From: the human T2T-CHM13v2.0 reference genome, Homo sapiens
DNA: 64,000 nucleotides
Direction: 5' to 3' (one strand)
Assembly: GCF_009914755.1 (NCBI RefSeq)
Contig: NC_060927.1
Under the pieces are notes generated by a model. That model worked only from the letters and a program-made list of their open reading frames with translations. It was not told the origin of the DNA and did no database searches. The position numbers were made by a program, and so were the translations under genes. Every line of letters begins with the position of its first letter. Positions within the stretch are counted from its first letter, which is position 1. Shown here piece after piece: positions 1 to 25,775 of the stretch.

Positions 1-1736
<1,736 letters not shown>

Positions 1737-1934
1737 GAATGGCTTTCAAGCACTAGTTTATCTGAAGCCTCTGATAGGAATGTGCATTCAGTATGCATGC
1801 GTATTCCCACACACCCTCAAACACACAGAAACATAACAACCCATATTCATTTTTCTGCCAGGAAACACCACAAATCAATTTCCACTAGTGTCTTTTTGGT
1901 TTTTAAAACAATTTACTGGACTGATAATGATGCT

Positions 1935-2180
1935 AATAATATTTTCTGGGCACTGGTCATTGTGTGAGGGACATTACTACATTATCTTAATTTAATGCTC
2001 CCACAAATCCTAGGAGGTTAGTATAATTACTATCCCCATTGTACCACTGCAAAAACCAGTGCTTGGAATTGTTAATGAGCTTGCAAAGGTCATACACCCA
2101 GTAAACTGAGATATTGGGATCTGAACCTGGAAAGCCCAAATCTGAACCCTTTGTTTCTAACAGCCATGCCTACTTGCCTC
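1935..2180 (-). mobile_element. MIR SINE
   Basis: ttactatccccatt...cttgcaaaggtcatacacccagtaa...gggatctgaacctgg. Confidence 0.7.
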
Positions 2181-2835
2181 TTCCAGGGAAGGTGGACAGG
2201 GCAGTGATAAGGGTGTCTGGCTGTAGGGCCACACATTATTTTCACATTTACTGTTAAGGTCTCAGGAAAATCCCAGTGATAGTGGGGAGAAACGATGGAA
2301 AACTTAATTACTGTTCATTATTTTGCATCGGTTAAGAAATAATCTACTCTCAACTGTTATCAATAGACATTCTGAAAACTTCAGGAAACCTCTATCTCTA
2401 TAAAACCACTGCTTTCAGCCACTAAGGTCAGGTCGTGAAAAAATACATATTAAGATTTAAAAATTTAAGGCACATAGTGCTAAGTAAATAAAAATCCACT
2501 TGTAAATATGTGACCCCATTTTTGTATGCACACATCCACAAACACTAGAAAATATAAACAAAAATGTTCAGCCATTAACTTTGAGATCACTATTTTTCCT
2601 TCTTTATGCTTTTCTATCTTTCCTAAGTATTTCAGATTTACTGTTTTTGTAATGGGGGAAATATGATTCAATGACAGCTTTGGGTGAATAGTGAGAAGAG
2701 TTTAATGCCTTTTGGGCTGCTTCTGAAATGCACATTTTGAAGCTCCTTCTATAATCATGTAAACAACATCAAAGACTATGGTTATGACCAGAGAGAACTT
2801 GATCAACTGTGGAAACTGCAGTTCCATCAAAATAA

Positions 2836-3148
<313 letters not shown>

Positions 3149-4089
3149 TATTGCTTTATTTATTAAGCTACAACATTTGATGAGCACATTTGATGAAATA
3201 AAAAGTTCTTGTTGTTGGCTCCTGCAGTTGTGTCAATCTTTAAAATTTACAAAAGAACTTAAAAACCTAACAGGGAGTAATTCTATCTTCCTTGAGCTAC
3301 AATTTGCAGAGTTTTTAAAGAAGCCACGTTGAGAAGACTCATTTTAAACCATGCTTCTGTACTGGGATAAGTTAATGGCTTTAATGCTGAGGAATATACC
3401 CTAGGATCACAACATGTCATAGACATCAAAGGATGTGTTTCATTTGTGAATAAAATTTATTATACATCAGCAGAAAGCTTTCAACAAGGAGATCCACACT
3501 CTAGAAAATCCACGGACATGGAGACCCAATCCAGGCTGCAGACAGTTAATCCCCACGACCAATTTTAATCACCCATTCATTCAACAAATAACTAATAAGT
3601 GTCATGCCCGGAACTAGGTACAGCCTAATGAGGACAGCATAGAGGAGGTGCCACCTTGACAGAGTAGGATGTTCGGAATCCACTGGAATGCAGTCTACAA
3701 AATGAATACTACGTGGCTTTCATTGCCCTTGTTCACTCGCATGGGGATATGATATTTAAATATATTTATATCAAAATGCTTAGAATTCTACAATATTTAA
3801 CACTGTATCAAGTCCAAGAAGAACAAAGGCTGTTCTTCAAAGTTTCCTGTTGTTGCATATCAATAACAAAAACAACAGCAACAGCAGGCCTTACTTTGGA
3901 GCACTTTCAATGAATCAGGTTCCCTGCCAAATATTTTACATCATTATTTCATTAATTTTAAGAAAAAAATTCTTAGAACTCCTGCGCCCATGTTTTGAGA
4001 CAATGAATGCATCTTTTTCCCCATTATGAAAATCCAATATACCCAGAGCCTGCTTCTCATTTTAATGAATACTTTTTTATGTAGAGCAA

Positions 4090-4310
4090 GTAAGGGCTTC
4101 AGAGCCAGACACATCAGAATGTGACTTGGGGCTCCACCATGAATGTTCATATGGGCTTTGGGGCAAGCTCTGTGGTCTCTGAGCCTCTCTGTCCTCATCG
4201 CTGAAATAAAGACCCCAGTCGCTTTTCCCAGAATTCTTCAGACGATTAAAGGAGATATTGTGTGTGAGTGAATGTGTCTGTGCATTCCCCAGTGTGTGCT
4301 GGGGTGCATG
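4090..4310 (+). mobile_element. MIR SINE
   Basis: gggcttcagagccagac...ttggggcaag...ctctgagcctctctgtcctcatc. Confidence 0.6.
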
Positions 4311-5075
4311 CACAACAGCTGACTTTATTCAAGATGCCACCTACAACCACACTACTTCATGCGCTCTCAACCTTTTACTGAATTCCATTTCCAATGAACT
4401 GTCCTAAGACTCATATCTGATTTCCACAGGATTCTGCTGAGCTGGTAACCTTCTCTTTCCCTGCATCTGTGAAAACCTACAGCATTTGTCATACAGTCAA
4501 TCAGAATGTAGGAAACAGGCTTAAGAAGATGCTGTTAATTGCAGAAACCTGCTGATCAACAATATGTCTGGGAAATGTTTGCAAACAAACCCTGAAACAT
4601 CTGTCCACATAAAAGTCTGAAAACAGATATGAAAATTAGCTTTTGAAGAAAGGAGTAAATGGGAGACAGGGTTAAATAAACTTCATTCTATCAATTGCTT
4701 AAAAAAAAAGAAAGAGACCCTACATGACTTCTCTCTACAAAGACATCTGCATATTTTCCTGGATGCTAGATACGTCTAGGCATACAAAGATGATTCATAC
4801 CACATCATCTCATTATCACTCTTGAGATCACTTGTTAAAATAAATAATGTATCTTTTTTCCCATGGTGATAATATTCATATTCTAATGTTAAAAGTTCAG
4901 TCCTTTCAAAATCCATTCATTTGCTCAACTTTATACCAAGCTTTTACTATGTGCCTGATACTATAAAATCAGGATATAGTCTAGAAGATTCCTAAGTGTT
5001 TGTCCACCAAGTTCTTTATATTCCACCATCTTCCTTCTAAATCACCCAAGAAAAATATCTCTGAAGCAGTCCTCA

Positions 5076-5449
<374 letters not shown>

Positions 5450-6039
5450 TTATTTTTTCTGTCTCTAGGGTATATTTAACACATATTCATTTTTTGTGTT
5501 GGTTCTCAAGTCTTGAGTGGAACACATTTTAATATAATAAAATAAAGTCTGGGGAAAATTAATTTACACATAAAGATAATATATACTCACCAAGACACCA
5601 TGATTATGTGTGGGCTTTGTTATTCTAAAACTTTAAAATAAAAAAAAAAAGTGAGACTTAACATTCCTTCATTAGACTCCTAATAAGGGGATGTATTTGG
5701 GTGTTTTGTTTTGTTCTTGGGAATGAAAATTTCAAATTGTTCATTATATTTCAAATCAGTTTTTAGGAAAGGCCAAAAGCTTCATGGGTATCTCCCTAAT
5801 AGAGAAAAACAGTGAAAGCTAACTTTTAAAATGTGCTTCTAACAGTTTGTTCATGGCCAGGTTTCTTCTAGCTAGTTTTCAGGTTTCAGAACTAAATGCC
5901 CCATATCAGAGAATTTTAGGACCAGATGAATAGTATAGAATCTATAGATCACCCAATGTCTCTCAAAATATATCACAGAGAACTGGTTTGCATAGGTTAG
6001 ACGATGTGACTCCAGATTTTGAACCCCATTACTGGCTTC

Positions 6040-6115
6040 TACCTCCCTCCGAGGGCCCAAAGTATAACTGGCACATAGCAAATGCTCAGTAAATGTTTGC
6101 TGAATAAATGAAATG
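6040..6115 (+). mobile_element. L2 3' end
   Basis: ctggcacatagcaaatgctcagtaaatgtttgctgaataaatgaa. Confidence 0.7.
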
Positions 6116-6464
6116 GGGAAGTCAGCATAACAAGAATAGGCTGAGAAAGATTATAGTGGCACTGTTTTAAATGAATGAGTCTGGTTAGAATGAAATCTTA
6201 AGTAGCTGACCAGGCTGATGCAAAGGTTCCAATCGTATGGAAACATGCTTAAGAAAGAAGACTGAATTAAAGAAGATATAGACTGATTTTATAGAAGATA
6301 TAGACTGTATTATACTCTAGTATCCTAATTTCAATGATAAGAAAGACTGTCAGGAAATGTTTTTGTTTTCTGTTTTTTTTTAATAAAGGTAAGAAAAAGA
6401 TGCGAAAGTATTAACAGTGAAATCTCCGAGGGGTGGGATTATGGACAACTTTGTTTTCCCTTTT

Positions 6465-6790
6465 TAAAAATTACATTAACATATATAAAACGAAATTTGC
6501 CATCTTAACCATTCTTAAGTATGTAATTCAGTGGCATTAGTAACATTTACAACATTATACAATTATCACTACTATCTATCTTTTTCATCACCTGGAAGAG
6601 AAATTCTTTAACTATAAGGCAATAAATTCCCCATTCTGTCCCTCCCTCCAGCCCTTTGGCAACCTCTAGTCTCCATCCTGTCTCTCTGAATTTGCCCATT
6701 CTAGATCTTCCATACAAGCAGAATCATACAGTGTTGGTCCTTTTGCATCTGGCATATTTAACTTAGCATAATGTTTTCAAGGTTTTTCCA
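6465..6790 (-). mobile_element. L1M (L1MB-like) 3' fragment
   Basis: ccatcttaaccattcttaagtatgtaattcagtggcattagt...acttagcataatgttttcaagg. Confidence 0.8.
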
Positions 6791-7138
6791 CAAGTGATTT
6801 TTTGGAAAACTATTTTCGCATATTAAATTATTTTTTACAATGGAAATGTTATATACAGGGAACCAGAATGCTTTGTGTCTCAAATAAGGTGTAAGCTACA
6901 GAGAAACAGAAGCAGGAAAGAGAAGGTATCTCAAGCAGGAGGAATGAGACAGGCAAAGGGGCACAGGGCAGAGGACAGACAGTGCCCCCAGAATGGCACA
7001 GGGAGTGGTGTCAAGGATTAGTGGTCAGTAAGTCAGACTGCACCTCTGAAATCAGCCTAGCAGATAACCAAGATCATCTTGCACAGTTCTTACCACAAGA
7101 TCCAATCCACTGACAAAAATACAGAGCGTATTACTTAC

Positions 7139-17624
<10,486 letters not shown>

Positions 17625-17649
<25 letters not shown>

Positions 17650-17886
17650 TTCTTACTTCTAGATAAGCTCTCCCCTTAAGTCTTTAAAATAATTTCAACT
17701 TTCACAATGAAAGATTCCAAAGATTTTCTATAACTGGGAACAACTACACAATGTTCGTGAAGTTAAAAATTATCGTGTCGGGGCTTATAGACTTCTCTCT
17801 TTTCCAACTTAGTTCGCTCTGTAATTGATCCCCTCTTACAGAGAAGAAAAGGGACAATTTGATGTAGTTTTCCACTTAGTGGATCC
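17625..17886 (-). other. Candidate internal exon (262 nt), mostly 5'UTR-like, of an unidentified minus-strand gene
   Basis: Branch point CTAAC (17909-17905), pyrimidine tract, CAG|G acceptor; donor AAT|GTAAGT at 17624; non-repeat; no ATG until the last 25 nt. Confidence 0.75.
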
Positions 17887-18432
17887 CTGAGAAAAAAATA
17901 AAGAGTTAGAGACTAAACTCTTCTAAAGATGGCCAGTGGGGAAAAAAATTGTGTGCATTTTTACACAGCATAAATAAGTTAAATGGTGGTGCATGTCGGT
18001 GTGGATGAGAACAATGTTCTCACAAGTGATGGGGATCTAAAGAAAAGAGAAGCTGCAAGATTTCGGTAAAAGTTGCATGTACTAGTAAATTTAGAACACT
18101 TTAAATAGCTCATAAAAACATGAGTAAAGGTCATACTTCTCATGGGGACCCTGCTTATTTAAATAAAACCCTGCCCTAAGACAGAACAGGAGCATGGCTT
18201 TATAAATGATATATGTTCATCCCAGCGTCTGGCTCCTGGTGTCAGCAGAGGTCTCTACTGTAACAAGTCTTTCATAAGCATCTCTGTACATCCTGAGATA
18301 TGTCCTTTGCCAACTGTACACACTCTGAAGTGCATTATGGTGCCACAGTCTCTTCCTGTATACTACCTTTATGAAAAATTACAGTCATATTTCCAGATGA
18401 CATATTCGGAAGTCATCAGGAGACAGTCTTAC

Positions 18433-18487
18433 CTTCAATACAGAGTGTTCAGAGAATAGAGTTAAAATGAAAGCTATACAGCCTCAA
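18433..18487 (-). other. Candidate 55-nt non-coding exon
   Basis: Acceptor ttctgttgttttag, strong donor AAG|GTAAGA. Confidence 0.4.
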
Positions 18488-19041
18488 CTAAAACAACAGA
18501 ATACCCACATACACAAACACACCATCATACAAGGAAGACACTTTATTACCTATCCCTGATAAAAAACAGAATTCCTCTGGTAATGAACTTACATCTGAAC
18601 CCATACACGGAATGCCAAATTTGAAAGTATTTTAGTTAAAGAAAATAACTCAAATACCATACTGAAATAATTCTTTTCAGACACTTAAGAAAACATACTG
18701 CAGAATCTCATAATCTATCACAGCTTTGGGTTGCTACCTCCTTGCCGGGAGGTTTATAAAATCACTCAAGAGCCCTTCTCAAATTATGTAGCTTTCCATT
18801 TGCTACTTTTTAACAGTAACTTGGAGAGAAAAATATATTTGATTGTCTATGTTAACTCTTTTAATTTTCACTGAGTTTGAGGGCACAAGAAGCACTGACT
18901 TATAACCATTCCAGAGGACCAAAACTGGAGGCCAGGGACCTTCTATAGAAAAGAGGTTTTCTGAAATTTTACAATAAACTCCATTGTAGCTATATAACCA
19001 GTGGTCACATTTTTCAAAAATGTACCATAAATTAAATTTCT

Positions 19042-19322
<281 letters not shown>

Positions 19323-20235
19323 TTATTAATTTCTATAAATAGAACCATACCCTCCTAATGACTTAAACCATCTTCTCAGAAGTGTTTCAGTTTATGCAGG
19401 AACTATTAACTGCTTCAACTTTTAGGTTTCTCAGCCACATGATTTAAAGAAAGAAATCCTAAAATAAATTATTTGAGAAATTAAGTACTCATTTCTGCTT
19501 TCTCTGGTTTATAAAGTTAAGACATTCATTGGTTTAGAAAGCAAGACAAACTTCAATTTTAACTAAATGTATCACCCAATTTCCCTTAAACAATAGAGAC
19601 ACATAATCTTCTCTAGAGAGATACTTTAGAGCATTTCTTCTCTTTCCAGAAACTTCCTTCAGGAAAAACTGGCTTGAGAGACCCATTTCTGTGATGTCAC
19701 AGCATCTTACACACACAGAGCTCTAAGGCACCTCAAATCCTAGGGTCAAATTAACTGGGTTCTAACCAAAACAACAACAACACTCGCTGACTTCAAAGGT
19801 CTGTTGACTCGAGGAGATAAATCTCCCAGTCCTAGTTGGTTCTTTTCAGAGAGGTGCAGAAAAGACCCCCTAGAATGGAGCTGTTGAGCCAATCACCTTT
19901 CCACAGCAAGACATAAAGCGGAGCATCTGGGGAGAGAAATAAAGCTTACAAACAAAACTCGGGGAAAGGAGAAAGAGAAAGGTCATTCGTCCTTTTCAAA
20001 GATGCTTACTTACACTGTTGATTTTATTATATTCAAAACTACCCAAATATCAGACATCCAGTCTGACTGCTCTTTTCTTTTAATCACTTGGAGCTCATTT
20101 CTGAAAATAGCACTCTGGTCCTCAGTGAGCCAGATTTTGCAAACTGCCCATACATTCCCGTTATCACATTTTACCCAGTCTGCAGCATATTCATAATATG
20201 TTAAGTAAATTAATTTCCAATATATATTCCCAAAG

Positions 20236-20440
20236 CAGCAGTTCTCAACTGGGGGGGAATATCATGCCCCAGGAGACATCTGGCAACGTCTGGAGACATT
20301 ATTGGTTGTCACAAATGGAGGATGCTACTGGCATCTAGTGGGTAGAGACCAGGGATACTGCTAAATACCCTACAATGCACAGGACAGCCCCTACAACAAG
20401 AAGTATTCGGCCTCAAATATGGCAAGGTTGAGAAACTGTG
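20236..20440 (+). mobile_element. MER20 hAT DNA transposon
   Basis: cagcagttctcaac...ctactggcatctagtgggtagagaccagggatactgctaaa...gttgagaaac. Confidence 0.9.
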
Positions 20441-21529
20441 AGAAATCAATTAATAATATTTTTGTTGCCTTCATTCAATGAGGGCAGTGTTTCTCAAAAA
20501 CGTAAACTTTCTGACTCCAAACTCTTTACTGACTCCAACAAACACCTCCAAGAATTCTGAAAAATAGGCAAATGTTTACTTAGTCCCCACATTTTAAAAA
20601 TAAGATACTCAAGGAACATATATGCTGGTGAATGTTAGAATTCAAATGTTAAATCCATCTAATCCTTGCAAGCTTTCTCATATATGATCTCATACATATT
20701 TTCTTTACCACAGCCCCAGAAAGGAGAACTGTTAGGCCCAGTGCAAAAAAAAAAAAAAAAAAAAAAAATGGAAAGTGAAACTGAAGGAAGTCAAAAGCAA
20801 CTTATCTAGTGTCTCCCGATGGGTTAGCAGGAGAGCAAGGAATCGGATCAAGTCCCTAATTTTAGTGTTGTTCTTCTCAATACATGATGCCCTCCTCTAG
20901 GACAGTTTTTAAAATATTGAACTGAGCTGCTAAAATTGTAACCATCTCATCCAATGCCATATATTCATGGATGTCATTTAACCCGCCTAAGTGCCAGTCT
21001 CCTTATCTATAAAATGGGGATGTGTTGTGAGGAATAGAGGAGATAATGTTCCTTACATCTGTGCTTAGCACAAAAGAAGCACTCAACTAGAAAAGGCAGC
21101 TGCTCTTGTTATTCTTATTACTGGGATCTCAGGACAATGTGTGTCATTATACCAGAACAGTATTTAAGCAAGCAACCAAAAGGTTGGGATAGAAAACCCA
21201 ACATACAAAAAAAGCATCTACTGCAAAATACTATCTATCTCAGCCAGCAGCAGTGGGTGGGGGGTAGAAGAGGCTGATTTCAAGTTATATGGAGCACAAG
21301 ACCGAACAAACAGAAGTCTTGAACATTTACTTGCATTTATTTCCTTTTCTGTTATTAAAGGCATAAAAGAAAGGTCTTCATTTCAACGTCATGGGGCAAT
21401 GCTGGGACTAACAAGTTTGTGCTTGAATGTGAAATGTGTTCCAGTAAAACTGATAGAGTCTATACCTCCTTATTTAAAGAGGTAGTGAAGAGGTGAGAAA
21501 GATTCAAAAGGGGGCCCATTTTTATTTGA

Positions 21530-21795
21530 GTGATATAGCACTGAAATTAAGATTCGGGGCTCTAGAATTAGCCTGGATTCAAATTTTGGCTCTAGTGTGT
21601 AACTAGCCCTGACTATTAGAAAGCTACACAACCTTTCTAACCTTCACTTTCCTGAGCAAAAATTGGAGAGCACGAAAGTATTTCCTTCATGTAATAGAAT
21701 TGTGTTGGAAGTCAAATGGTATAATGCAGGTCAAACTCTCAACATAGGGTCTGGAATACTGCACATGGAAAATAAATGCTAACCACTGTTACTAT
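21530..21795 (+). mobile_element. MIR SINE
   Basis: ggggctctagaattagcctggattcaaattttggctct... Confidence 0.6.
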
Positions 21796-21821
21796 GATTG
21801 TTGTCATCATTGTCTTCAACT

Positions 21822-21860
21822 TCCTCCTCCTCCTCCTCCTCCTCCTCCTCCCCGTCCTCC
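21822..21860. repeat. (CCT)n microsatellite
   Basis: About 10 perfect CCT units plus imperfect tail. Confidence 0.95.
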
Positions 21861-21934
21861 TTTATAATGTCCAGCTCTATGTCTAGCTCACAGGAGGTTC
21901 ACAATAAATGTCTGCTGATTAATAATTGTTTATG

Positions 21935-22450
21935 ACACACTAGATACTGCTCTAAGAGGCAGTTACTACTATTATTCTCTTTTTAAAAGGAAGAAACTGG
22001 GGACCAGAAAGGATAAGAAACTTGCCCAAGGTCACACGGCAAGGAAGTAACAGAGCGGTAATTTTTTTTTTTTTTTTAAGAGATGGGGTCTTGTTCTGTC
22101 ACCCAGGCTGGAGTGCAGTGGCACACTCATAGCTCACAGCATCCTAAAACTCCTAGGCTCAAGCGACAGGAACACAGGAATATAGAAGATAGGAATACAT
22201 AGCAACATAAGACAGGAATACAGGCACACACCACTACGCCCAACTAATTGTTTTATTTGTTGTAAAGACGGGGTCTCCCTATGTTGCCCAGTCTGGTCTC
22301 AAACTCCTAGCCTCAAGTGATCCTCTTCCTTTGGTCCTCAAAGAGGTAGGGTTACAGGCACGCGCCACTGGCCCAGCCTAGAGTTATAATTTGAGCCCAG
22401 ATGGTCAGGCCGCAAAGCCTCTGTCCCTAGCTACCACACAACACTGCCTT
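21935..22450 (-). mobile_element. MIR SINE split by an Alu
   Basis: aagaaactggggaccagaaaggataagaaacttgcccaaggtcacacgg|Alu|tttgagcccaga. Confidence 0.7.
22062..22378 (-). mobile_element. Alu (AluJ-like) with internal replacement at 22167-22219
   Basis: Dimer with T-tail; TSD-like agagcggtaattt/agagttataattt. Confidence 0.9.
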
Positions 22451-24319
22451 ATGATAGAAGAAGAGTGAAAAACAGGGTTTAAGGAAGTTCTCATCAACAT
22501 AAAATCTCAACAGATGAGACCCATCTGAGAAGGAGGGAAAGAAACCACACTCCTGAGATGGCCAGTCAGAGGGAGGCTTCGTAGAAACACTTCTTTGAAA
22601 CAAGGGGTAGAGGTAGGCAGGAAAGAGTCTTTGCATGCAGTGAGCTTGTTTGCCATTTTAAACATATGTAGCGCCCATAGACGGATAGGTACCCTGAAGA
22701 CAGAATCAGAGATCCCAAACACTGAAGTTACGCAGATATCTGAGGATGAAAGAAGGGGACCCTTCCACAGGATAGATGCAGCTGAACAACTTATGTGATC
22801 TGGAATCTTCAAGTCCTCTTGACTTTCACCAGGCACATTCAATTTCCAGAGCGCCCTGGGATGTACTAGGCAAAAGATGGTATGTTTTAGGGAAAACAGC
22901 TCTCAGACATCCCAACTTAACATCCATACACATTTGCCACCTGATTGTGAACTAAATTACAGGGTAATAATTATCAGATACGAGATTAAAATGGAAGATT
23001 CTTGTCCTGCCCAACTAAAGAGGACAAATGGAGTCAAATGAAGAATACTGTTAGACATTTTTATAAAGGATAAATTATATTTCCAATAGACCTAGTACCA
23101 GTCTTGTCAAGTAAGGACTCTTCAGAACTGCAGCAAAATGCTAAATTCCAACAACGTTAAGCCATTTCCTACAGTAATTACATGAGGTTTCATTTCTAAC
23201 CTCTCCAAACGCTTTTATGTCTGTCTCTTTTCTAGTGGCAAACGCAGGGAGGTTAAGAGGAGCAAGCCATTTTGTTTCAAGCCAGCCACAAACCAAATGC
23301 ACAATGCCACAAAAGAAGTCTTTATTCCATCAGCCAGCGGGTTCCTCATTAACCAGCCGAGAATGAACCTAGAATGCACAATTTCGTGTTAATCACAGAA
23401 AACAGATGCCCATGATGGCTGCAGGTAAAACTGATTGTTTTTGCCTCTCAGTACCACTCACTAGGGAATGTGATCTGTTTCATCTCCACCCTCCCTTCAA
23501 GGATTGCTGAGCTCCCAAGTGCTTGTGAAAACACGTCAGGTGTGGGGATGGTACTGTGAGAAATGAAAAATGGTCCTGACAAGATGAAAAGCTGCATTTT
23601 CCATCTTGTTCTTAAATGGGCTTAAATAGACACAAAATGGGGACTGCTTAACCCTTCCATATCCACACCTCAATAGAGCAGACTGGAGTAAGAGCCTAAA
23701 AAGTTTTCAGGAGGTCAGCAGGGTGGGGGTGGGAACTGCCTCATTTTTTCTTTACGGTAACTCACTATCCAGGGCTCACAATACCCCAGAATGGCTGCAT
23801 TTCACTAGGTATAAGCCACTTCCAGCACCCAGCGCCTGCCAGGAGGGCAGTCTATGAACAATCACAGCTCAAGTGGTTCCTTTCCCCCTCCAACGAGAAT
23901 CACAAATGCCTCCTGAAGTGGGTCCCACTAACAGTTCAGCTCCTTGAACACCCATTTCTTCCTTCTCAGATTTTGAAAGTCTAAATAGTTGGTTAGTGAT
24001 GATAAAGGAGATACATGTAGCAGAGGCGACTTGCAAGGCATTAATTCATTCTCCGAACACCAGCCTCTCCTACGAATCTCATTACTGCACAGCAGGTGGA
24101 CAAGTGAAGTACAAAGAATGGGAAGGCGGAAAAAAAAAACAGGAAGAAAAAACACACAGATCTCCAAAGGATGCCATCATTATTTTACATTATAATGATC
24201 CCAAGAAAAGGGTGAACTACTCATTGTTCATTTGTTCATTCACTGGAGAATCATAAGCAGGGCCCAGGGAAACAAAAATGCTATCAGTAACAATAATTAC
24301 TTTGTTTCTATTTGTTTCT

Positions 24320-24535
24320 TTAGTTATATAACATGGGTGTGTTATTATAGGTTAGGCACTCTGCTAAGTCCTCTACATGATTTTCTCATTGAATTCTTAC
24401 AACCACCCACTGACATAGGTATTACTGTTTTTCCTGTTCTACAGATGAGGAAACTGAGGTCCTCAGAAATTGAGTATCTCAAAAGGTCACACAGCTAGTA
24501 AGTGGCTCAGATAGGACTGAAACTCTGGTCTGCAC
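24320..24535 (-). mobile_element. MIR SINE
   Basis: ttctacagatgaggaaactgagg...aaggtcacacagctagtaagtggc. Confidence 0.85.
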
Positions 24536-24734
24536 AGTAATTCATACAAGCGTCACTCTACCACTTCCAGAATGTGGTCTAAATGCAGGCACAACTTTAT
24601 ATACAAGGATATTCATTGCAACATAATCTGGAACCAATAATGGAAACAACACCTGTTTCCCAAAGTAGGGATGGTACATTTTTTGAACCATCACTACTAC
24701 TTTGGGGAACAGCCATTCAAGGGGATATCTGCAG

Positions 24735-25154
24735 TGCAAGAGGCTCTCTGACCCCACTCTTTTCCTTCCTGAAAGCAGTGATAAAACCCCCATGTGCAAG
24801 TATCCTCCCTATACTAGTAGGAAAGTCACATTCGTATCATCAAGGATGGGAAGCTGAGACCAAGAGAGTTCTGTATAAACAGACCTTGTTAAAATAATTC
24901 TTACCTTCCTTCATTCTCCCTACATAATTCAGTTACTTTTCCAGAATTGCCTCTCTGTGTTCAACCAAATATAAAAGTATCTAGGTTTTGCCACTTCCTT
25001 AGATCTATATTTCCATATAAGGGTTCCCATGTCACAAAAGACTTATATTACATAAATTTGTAAGCTTTTCTCCTGTGACTCTCACAGTGCTTTAATTCTC
25101 AGGCCTGGCTGAAAAAAACTAGGAAGGTGAAGGTAAAAGTTTGCCTATCCTACA
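24735..25154 (+). mobile_element. ERV1 LTR (MER34/MER39-like)
   Basis: ctgagaccaagagagttctgtataaacagaccttgttaaaata; tataaaa; ends cctatcctaca. Confidence 0.65.
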
Positions 25155-25330
25155 ATAACAACATTTACATAGCACACATCACTTATCAAGCACTTTTTCT
25201 ATAGTAACTCATTTAATCCTCAAAACAACCCCAGAAAACTGAGGCATAAAGAAAAAAAATAACGTTCCCAAGTCACAAAGCTGCTAAGCACAAGGGCTGG
25301 ATTCCAACCCAGACTGTCTGAATGGGATAT
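25155..25330 (-). mobile_element. MIR SINE
   Basis: aactcatttaatcctcaaaacaacc...aaactgaggca...ggattccaacccag. Confidence 0.75.
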
Positions 25331-25353
25331 CTGTGCGCATAAGCATTTCCCTA

Positions 25354-25775
<422 letters not shown>

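Noticed and set aside
18587-18665. Additional minus-strand donor GAT|GTAAGT
   Set aside because: The upstream acceptor is weak, and such motifs are frequent in AT-rich introns.
20014-20100. Minus-strand donor AGT|GTAAGT with acceptor ctattttcag
   Set aside because: The pyrimidine tract is short and there is no other support.
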